Shown piece after piece: positions 23,062-26,973 of a stretch of DNA of 26,973 bases; within the stretch, counting starts at the first letter, position 1; the number at the start of each line of letters is the position of its first letter. The DNA lies in NCBI GenBank assembly GCA_048128005.1, contig JBEUKZ010000092.1, positions 310,001 to 336,973 on the forward strand, read 5' to 3'. The position numbers and the translations under genes are program-made. The stretch is from Veleropilina oligotropha (Eukaryota). The notes beneath the pieces are model-generated. The model was not told the DNA's origin. It did not search any database and saw only the letters and a program-made list of their open reading frames with translations.

Positions 23062-26000
23062 AATTAAATCAGCTTATAGAGTTCCAAGCTAAAGCCTTTG
23101 TTAATGAGCTAAGCAATCCAGTTCAAATTATATCCTGTAAATCCAAGATGGCCACCATATGTGTGACGTCACACATCTGAAATGTTTACAGGCATCTATT
23201 TAACACCAAATCTACCTACAAATCAAATTTTAACCTTCTATCTATAATATCTTGGAAATCCAAGATGGCCGCCAGACCTGAAGCGCTAAACAGCTGTATT
23301 GTTTTCAGGCTTCTATTAAACACCATATGTACCTAAAATCCAAATTTGAACTTTCTATCTTCAAAATCTTGGAAATTCAAGATGGCTACCATACCAGTGA
23401 CGTCACATATGTGAAATGTTTACAGGCATCTATCTGACTCCAAATATACCTACAAATCAAATTTTAGCCTTCTATCTATAATATCTTGGAAACCCAAAAT
23501 GGCCGCCACACCGGAAGTGCTAAACAGCTGTAATGTTTTCCATCTTATATTAAACACCATAGGCACCTATTAACCAAATTTGAACTTTCTATCTTTAAAA
23601 TCTTGGAAATTCAAGATGGCCGACAAACCAGTGGCGTCAAACAGCTGAAATGTTAACAGGCATCTATTTAACACCACATCTACCTACAAATCAAATTTTA
23701 ACCTTCTATCTATAATATCTTGGAAATCCAAGATGGCCGCCACACCGGAAGTGCTAAACAGCTGTAATGTTTTCAATCTTCTATTAAACACCATAGGCAT
23801 CTATTAACCAAATTTGAACTTTCTATCTTCAAAATCTTGGAAATTCAAGATGGCCGACAAACCAGTGACGTCACACATTTGAAATGTTTACAGGCATCTA
23901 TCTAACACCAAATCTACCTACAAATCAAATTTTAACCTTCTATCTATAATATCTTGGAAATCCAAGATGGCCGCCACACCGGAAGTGCTAAACAGCCGTA
24001 ATGTTTTCAATCTTCTATTAAACACCATAGGCACCTATTAACCAAATTTGAACTTTCTATCTTCAAAATCTTGGAAATTCAAGATGGCCGATAAACCAGT
24101 GACGTCACACAGCTGAAATGTTAACTGGTATCTATTTAACACCACATCTACCTACAAATCAAATTTTAACCTTCTATCTATCATATCTTGGAAATCCAAG
24201 ATGGCCGCCACACCGGAAGTGCTAAACAGCTGTAATGTTTTCAGGTTTCTATTATACACCATATATACCTAAAAACCAAATTTGAACTTTCGGTCTTCAA
24301 AATCTTGAAAATTCAAGATGGACGACAAATCGGTGGCGCCATCTAGTTGAGATTCTTACAGACACATTTTGCACATGACATATACCTACACATCGAATTT
24401 TAACTTCCTATCTTCAATATCAAGGATCTAGGTCAACTGAGGTCAAAGGTCAATGTCACATTTGAAAGTTCATCCTTGATTTCCCATTGGTGCCCAATAG
24501 TAACAATATGTCTAAGATGTACCGTTTGCAAGATATAACGATTTTAAACAATTTCAATAATGGCGTTTTAGTCACTTCCTGTTTCTCAAAATTGTCAACT
24601 GCACATTATTTCATGTCAAATTTCAAAATTAGGTCAATTGCAGCTAAGTAGTTCATCTGAGGTCAAAGGTCAAGGTCATATTTGAAAAGTCACCCATGAC
24701 TTCCCATAGGTGCTCAATAGTAACTATATGAGTAAGGTAAACCATTTAAAAGATTTAGCCACTTTAAACAATTTCAGTAATGCCGTCAGTTAATTCCTCA
24801 AAACGAGGATGTTAGATACATTTTTTAAAACCAAATGAGCTCTAACAAGTACGCATTTGGTATCATAAAAATATCTGAAGTTACATGTGCAATCAGAAGA
24901 AATAAAATAAATTTAGAAAAATTATTTTGTCATTCTTCACAGGATTTGAACCCTTATATATTGGTTTGGTTGCTAGTCCATTAGTCGTTCGTGAGCACTC
25001 TGCCACTCGACCATAAGAAGGACTGCAGAATAGATCGTTGATTTATCATACTTATAATTAAGTGGCGACATTTTCCGAATTTGTCAATTTCAGCAAAACA
25101 TCGCCGAAGTTGTCAAACTTAACTTGCGATAAATCAATAATTACTGAACGGATTTGCATGAAATTTCGGGTATTATAGATTTCTTTCTTCTTCCTTATCA
25201 ACGTAAATTAAGTGACTCTATGTTATGTAAAAAAAGATTTATAAGAGATATCGCAACGAATCAATTATTTTAACTTCGGAGCAAAAATTATTGCTATAAA
25301 TTCTCTCTAACACTGAATGTAAATCTACAGAGTTGTTAATACTGTCCCTCTCTGTCACTTGTTACACTTTGAGCTGTCTGGTGTCAGTGGTTACCGATTT
25401 ATGGCCCGTTGTTGCATATTGATTTGTCAAATTTTTAAAATGCTTCTAAATTTCACATTTCTCATATTTTAATCATTTTTTTTACTCGTATTTACTTAAT
25501 AACATCAATGTTGCATATTTACAAGAAAAAAAAGTGAATTTTGTTCGATTTGACGAAAATAGGTTTTTACCAAATTCATTGTTAAAGGCCGCCATTATCG
25601 GGAATATCTCAAAACGAGGCACTTAAAACGATATTTCAGAATCCATCTATTAACAGACTTTAAGTAGATGATAGGCAAAGCATTCTTCCAAGTTTCAGAA
25701 AAATTCTACTGAGACTTTTTTAGCAATGGGCGCAAACGCAAATTCCAAGATGGCGGCTGACCTAATTGCAAAATATATGAATTGGCTTCACAGGGATGAC
25801 CAGTATATACCTATTAACTTAAATGTTGAAGTTCATTGCTCTAGCTGAAGTCTTAACAAAGTTATTAGCAAAATGGCGTTTCTTTAAATATTTGCATAAA
25901 ACCAGATGGCCGCCAAACCGGTGGCGCCACCAAACTGAAAAAGTTTCAAGCACTACTTCAATACTTTAGCTACATATATGCTAAGTTTCAAGTTCATGCC

Positions 26001-26108
26001 TTTTATAGTTTTTGAGATTTCGGTGGTACAAAATTAAGACAAATAATAATAATAAAAAAAAAGGTTTAGCAATAACAATAGGTCTTCAAGCCTGAAGCTT
26101 GAAGCCCT
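23062..26108 (-). mobile_element. Unit B5 (3047 bp), with a 29-bp deletion near 24594
   Basis: Eleven monomers; the deletion lies between two AAATTG direct repeats. Confidence 0.8.
23144..24427. repeat. 117-bp satellite, 11 monomers
   Basis: (24314-23144)/117 = 10 intervals. Confidence 0.97.
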
Positions 26109-26160
26109 AAAAAAGGTTTAGCAATAACAATAGGTCTTCAAGCCTGTACCTTGAAGCCCT
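26057..26160 (-). repeat. 52-bp tandem duplication of the element 5' terminus (subTIR/IR hairpin)
   Basis: aaaaaaggtttagcaataacaataggtcttcaagcctg(aag/tac)cttgaagccct occurs twice, ending at 26108 and 26160. Confidence 0.92.
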
Positions 26161-26172
26161 AATAAACATAAC

Positions 26173-26290
26173 AATTGGTCGTCAGCATATCACAACACGA
26201 CTAATATCTACACTATCAAATACATAAAGATAGAACGTAATTAGGTTCAAGTAAATGGCACAATAATTGTCGCCAGCAGTTCACAAATAT
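26173..26290. repeat. Continuation of the diverged flanking repeat on the right side of the array
   Basis: aattggtcgtcagcatatcacaacacgactaata...cactatcaaata...taattaggttcaagtaa aligns with 5621-5697; a partial further copy starts at ~26265. Confidence 0.6.
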
Positions 26291-26973
26291 GTGTAAAGTG
26301 AATATAATAGGCACCCACTATAGCTTGACACTTTCTCTGAGTGAACAATACTCATTTAATAATTATTAGTGAGTTTTCGATAAGTGCGCGATTTCGACCG
26401 ATTAAGCCAATTCGGCCATAGTCAGTTTCATCAACCAATTAATATTTTTGATTACTAGTACATGCGACATGTGATGTTTCGATTTTCGATTAGATGCTTC
26501 TATAACGTTTGCTTAATGGTGCTTTGCCCGTGTTATAGATGATCGCATCTAGACATTGCAATTACCTTATTTAATAATGAAAATTACTTGCTATTAATTC
26601 TGGTTCAATTAATAATATGTATTAATTATACGAAAGTACCATTTGTTGATTTTCGTATTCATTAAACAAATGATGCTCTTGTTGCGGTGATTTATATACG
26701 TGTCTATCAGATTGTCAATACAATACAAGTACCACGATCCGATATGTTTCACTCCTTATATGAAATTAATTAGAAAAGTGCTTTGATAAACTTATATGTA
26801 TGTACTCATTGAAAATTTAACCGTAAATTCAAAGTCCCAAAACACTAATTTTATGCATTAATAATATGAAATTGGATTTAATATGAAAGCCAGAGTATTA
26901 GTTGACATCCATATAACAATTTCAAAGAATATTTATTCCAAAAAGAGGTTTTATCAACCAATTATATATATAT

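Larger units (their letters stand above)
5713..26160 (-). mobile_element. Tandem array (A-B-B-B-A-B-B) of non-autonomous Helentron/HINE-like rolling-circle elements
   Basis: Seven head-to-tail units each end (plus strand) in an (AAT)n/A-run, then TAGGTCTTCAAGC-N5-GCTTGAAGCCCTA. Read on the minus strand this is TT, 5' subTIR, IR, microsatellite. A units begin with the AGCTGC-AA-GCAGCT hairpin plus AGGGCTTCAAG (3' subTIR and stem-loop). The flanks are A/T-rich with no target-site duplication, and there is no Rep/helicase coding sequence. Confidence 0.8.

Noticed and set aside
26300..26973. Short hairpin (actcatttaataattattagtgagt) and repeated atcaaccaatta in the right flank
   Set aside because: Too short and AT-rich to distinguish from chance, so no feature is called.

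Overview
AT-rich eukaryotic (animal, probably marine invertebrate; inference) genomic DNA made almost entirely of transposon sequence, with no recognisable host gene. Bases 1-5.5 kb are a pile of non-LTR retrotransposons. A decayed LINE (endonuclease-RT-C-terminal Cys/His motif; 363-488 plus 2731-5397) is split inside its endonuclease domain by a second, 5'-truncated CR1/L2-group LINE (491-2730). It is flanked by a probable LINE 5' end/ORF1 on the minus strand (1-362) and a probable minus-strand LINE 3' tail (~5412-5460). Bases 5713-26160 are a ~20.4-kb head-to-tail array of non-coding units in the order A-B-B-B-A-B-B (A = 2692 bp, B = 2.8-3.07 kb). The termini match non-autonomous Helentron/HINE-type rolling-circle elements on the minus strand. 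All seven units share a near-identical ~640-bp 5' end, but only A units carry the canonical 3' subTIR plus hairpin. B units carry a 117-bp satellite with a 234-bp dimer period, rich in YY1/ETS/CRE-like motifs. Both unit types carry tRNA-derived Pol III-type heads at an equivalent position and chained AGGTCA direct repeats. The array interrupts an older degenerate ~110-bp repeat visible on both flanks. All family assignments come from motifs read by eye; no database search was possible.
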